NCBI RefSeq assembly: GCF_001194135.2
Contig: NC_068995.1
Coordinates: 44,198,928 to 44,237,228, forward strand
From: Octopus bimaculoides
Lineage: Eukaryota
DNA length: 38,301 nt
Direction: 5' to 3'
Both the position numbers and the translations under genes were made by a program. Numbering within the stretch: the stretch's first letter is position 1; each line of letters begins with the position of its first letter. Below the pieces are notes generated by a model. That model was not told the DNA's origin. It made no database searches and saw nothing but the letters and a program-made list of their open reading frames with translations. Below, piece after piece: positions 34,446 through 38,301 of this stretch.

Positions 34446-34703
34446 GTAAGCAAGAAACAGTACAATAAAGACGACGATAATGACATCCTCGGTGATGACA
34501 TCTTTATTGGCGACAAGGACCTAATCATTAATGCAAAATATGTGATACAGTAGGGTTACAAAAATATGTGGAGGTCTACATTTACGATAAAGATAGGCTG
34601 AAATGGGGGAAAAAAAACACGCATTACAACATGAAAAACAAGTTATAAGTTTAACAAAGACACTCATCCACAAAAAGAGAGAAAAGTCGCCACCTTGGGA
34701 GGA

Positions 34704-35214
34704 TCAGATCAACATTGAACTTTGATTCCGGTTACATTCTGCTCCGGCAATTGCTTACTTTCTCCTGACTGCAGCTGAGAGGCAGACTTCACAGTAACCG
34801 ATTTTCTCAGCCTCGTATATTTTGAATTCAGACGGAAGTATCTTCGGTTTTAAATGAGCTGCGAGACTTCCTACATCATTTGAAGAGGAGTGCGCCATTA
34901 GCCGTTAATAAGCTTCTAGTATGCTTTCCCTAAAAGTCTTTTATTTTGGAGATTCGATAGGATACGTCTTTATTTCCTCTCCAGTCAGTACAGTAGGCTT
35001 TTTGCCACCGTTTAATTTTTCAACAGTTGTATTAGGTTGTCGTTATTCCTTTTGAGAACGTAAAAGTTCAAGTTCTGTGAGCGGTCATTGCTTCTTTGCA
35101 CAGAGGTTTCGGTGAACACGCTATCTTTGGTTTCCTATTTTGTTTCTTCTTTTTCCTTTCTGTGCTCCTCGAAGGATCTCCATTTTCCTCCAGTTCTATC
35201 TCCTCCCTAAACAT
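34704..35214 (-). pseudogene. Degenerate ORF, possibly retroelement ORF1-like
   Basis: Mostly open frames with scattered stops (MFREEIELEENGDPSRSTERKKKKQ...; ...LAAHLKPKILPSEFKIYEAEKIGYCEVCL...). The region is GC-richer than its flanks. No diagnostic motif was recognised. Confidence 0.2.
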
Positions 35215-35562
35215 CGTAAATCGATAAGTCGGAACTCCTAATAAGTGCCTCTAGTCTGCCCTATAAATCTGGCTGGCCCTGCGATGGATGGGAAACTGGC
35301 ACTTGCTAACATATGCCATTAGTAAAAGCATAGTATGCGTTAACAAGCCATAATCGCTCGCGAGTGACGGCTGACTATTGTTTTTTTTATTTTCCAGGCT
35401 AGCGATTGACCAGCAGACTATGCTTAAATGCGTTCTAGGCGTGACGATTCAATGTCCAGTTAGCTAAAGGGAATCTCGGCAAACGGTTTTCGTCAGTTAG
35501 ACTTTTATTATTTGTAAGATTGACAGAAAAAGTATGGTGGAATTATTGTGGGGACTGGAGTA

Positions 35563-35696
35563 TAGCGGTTCGGCAAAAGATACCGATAGAATAAGTACTA
35601 GGCTTACAAAGAATAAGTCCTGAGGTCTATGTGCTCGACTAAAAGCGGTGCTTCAGCATGGCCGCAGTCAAATGACTGAAGCAAGTAAAAGGGTAA
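35563..35696 (+). mobile_element. Family B SINE 3' half
   Basis: TAGCGGTTCGGCAAAAGATACCGATAGAATAAGTACTAGGCTTACAAAGAATAAGTCC...CAGCATGGCCGCAGTCAAATGACTGAA. Confidence 0.9.
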
Positions 35697-36077
35697 TAGT
35701 TGGAATAAAATCCAAGTTATTAATTCATTATAATTTCCTAATTAAATCAACCGGAATGTCATAAGATAAACAATTTTAATTTTAGTTAATTATAATTTGG
35801 TTAATGAATCAAAATATTCAAATTGTCCAACAATAACAATAACAATAACAAAACACAATACAAAACACCACCTACAACAACAAGAATACAACTATGCCAA
35901 CGACAGTAGTACCTTAGCAACAACAATAGCGCCAGCATTGATAGGAAAAGCAACTATCGATCGTCCCTCTGTTTTGCAGTTCCAGTTGATTCACAGCGCC
36001 GAGAAAATATAATAAACCAATTCAGGTTAGCCAAGTCAACAATATACAGAGACTTTTCAGAAATTATTAACCATTTA

Positions 36078-37197
36078 AGAGGGTTGTACCGAATGTAATC
36101 CAAAGAGAACATGACTTATTCATTAACGGACGTAATTCATTTTAATTGCAGATGTTGGCAGAATAAATTTTCTTCTATTGGAACTCTCCTTCATGTTCTT
36201 TTCCGTTGCAGGCAAATAATTGGTTCCAGCAGAAGCAATAGGCTATCCTTGAGTTTTTGACGAAGGAAGGATGCTGGTTGTCCATCATCCACAGAAGGCT
36301 ACAGTTTGTTTACTGAGATGACGTTGTTGATAAGATGAATGCACACATATGGATGAAGAATTTTAAAGAAATGGAAACCAGTATTGAAGAGAAGAGACAC
36401 AATGGGAAATCATCATTTATGATTTACTGACACGAATCACAAACGATTGCACAAATTAATTTACACGGACAGACAAGACACGATCCGTGAACTTGTTATA
36501 GAACCAGACTGTAATCACAATGCATTACGGGAAATAGTAGAAGACTTTAGGTAACAGAAAATGAGTGAGAAGTGGGTAACTCGACTACTGACGCCCGATT
36601 TGAAGTAGAGAAGGGTGGACGTGTGCTTTGTTCTGCTGGAAGCATTTGAAACTAATGAGAACACGTTCTTCTCCGATTTGATGACAGGGGATGAAACGTG
36701 AGTATATATTTATGATCCGGAAACGAAGGCTCATACCATAAAATGGCGTCACTCATTTTCCCTAATTCGAGAACCATTATTGGGGAAAGACAAAGGCGTC
36801 GTTCTCCTTCGTTTTTCTGGAACGTGGTTTAGAAAAACCCTTAAGAGGTAGAAATAGAACTAGAATCTGAAGTGACAACATGCAACTTCGGTTACAAAAG
36901 CAACTGGCAAAGAAGTTTCCCATCTACCGTCCACCACGGATCTACCGCTGTTTCACTTCCACCTGTTCTGTTCAATGGAAGACAGTCTTTGGGACAACGA
37001 TTTGATGACAGTCGAGATGAAAAATTAGGTACAATAGCACACGACAGAGCAGCATTTTCAAAGAGCAGTCGAGCATATGATAGAGTTTATAGTGAGTGGC
37101 ATCTTTGTATGAAGAGTTACTCAACCGACATGTGCAATTTCAATGGTTCATGTCACTTAATATGCTCACTTTCGTACTACTTTCGGGACAACCGTCG
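36078..37197 (+). mobile_element. Old degenerate mariner with both TIRs and TA duplication (1120 bp, partly deleted)
   Basis: TA at 36076-77 precedes AGAGGGTTGTACCGAATGTAA; the other end is CTACTTTCGGGACAACCGTCG followed by TA at 37198-99. Residual motifs are KWVTRLLTPDLK, LMTGDET*VYIYDPETK, HLPSTTDLPLFHFHLF and GQRFDD. Confidence 0.9.
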
Positions 37198-37276
37198 TAT
37201 TTAATTTATGACTGTCTAATAAATCAGTCAGTGATTGTATCAAGGATTATTGATTAGTTCATGTATTTTTCCTTTA

Positions 37277-37312
37277 ATCAACTATTTGATCAACTATTTG
37301 ATCAACTATTTG
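37277..37312. repeat. 12-bp perfect triplication
   Basis: ATCAACTATTTG x3. Confidence 0.93.
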
Positions 37313-38151
37313 TTGTATTCTTTATCATGGTTTACCTAACATTAACAAGACTCGATAGTTAGTTAAAGAACATTGTTTTTACTGAAAGACGTGAAAAAAA
37401 AGAAGCCCTGGCTATTGAACTCGGTATCGCCCTTTTCATTCAGAATGTGTGTAATAAAGGACCGTCCAGGTTAAATAAATCCATGTTTTATAAACAAATA
37501 TTAAGCATCCCAAACCTATCGATAAACCCTTCAAAATGCAATGATAGAAGAAAATATATTTTTTCAGTTTACTTTCTTTTAAAGGATTGAATACAAAGAC
37601 AAGATAGTTTTGCAAACTCTGAAGAATAACTGCAGTAAGATATCGACATTATTTACTAGATGGATACTCAGCTGTGTCAGATTAGAGTGATTTGTGTGAA
37701 TCTTCCGATAAACCTGACCTGAAACCATTATTTTCTTGAACGAAGGAAGTTAAAAAATGACCAGAATTTCTGCCTTGGAAGAACCATAAAAGCAAAATCG
37801 AAAATAACGTTTAAGGTTTCTTTCTACAGCCATGTAGAAGATTGTTTCAAATAAATATTATTGTTGTTCACTGCTTAATGAGAATGTATTCAATATATGA
37901 GATATAACTAATGACTGAGTAAAAATGAGAATTCATAGTCAGCGTACAAGAGCTGTATGTTCTGCATTAATTCGCCATAAATGTTCTCTTTTTCCTGGCT
38001 TTTGATTGTACATTCACATGTGCTGGGCAGCTAACTTATACAACAGGTTATTTCACTATTTTGAAAATCACGAAAATTGTGAAACCGGTTAAGTACTTAC
38101 AAATAAATTTTCATAAAGTACATTCCAACTTCTCTTTATATTTCTAGTCTT

Positions 38152-38225
38152 GTGTATGTATGTGTGTGTGCGCACGCATGTGTGTGTACGTGTGTGTGCG
38201 CGTGTCTGTGTACACACACAAATAT

Positions 38226-38301
<76 letters not shown>
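38152..38301. repeat. (GT)/(CA)/(AT)n microsatellite mosaic at the window end
   Basis: Direct reading. Confidence 0.93.

Overview
This is a gapped eukaryotic draft scaffold: AT-rich, repeat-dominated, with 9 N-runs totalling about 3.77 kb. It is most likely from an octopus, inferred from SINE families and repeat content I recall from octopus genomes; no database search was run. No complete protein-coding gene, rRNA, true tRNA or CRISPR array is supported, and most supplied ORFs are translated microsatellites, N-runs or antisense transposon frames. Well-supported content includes five Tc1/mariner remnants, two of them with both TIRs and TA duplications. There are also three R4/Dong-like RLE non-LTR retrotransposon remnants, a Penelope-like C-terminal fragment, about a dozen copies or fragments of two tRNA-derived SINE families, and many micro/minisatellites. 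The most interesting unexplained items are: (i) an old degenerate 25-bp tandem array at 26.9-27.6 kb; (ii) a stack of four retroelement-type inserts in one (ATT/TAA)n tract at 32.2-33.3 kb; (iii) a 16-bp minisatellite born inside a SINE head at 18.7 kb; and (iv) a few splice-bounded plus-strand blocks, including a candidate signal-peptide first coding exon at 34.4 kb. I see no convincing evidence of a new multi-gene biological system. All gene-model calls are low-confidence hypotheses.
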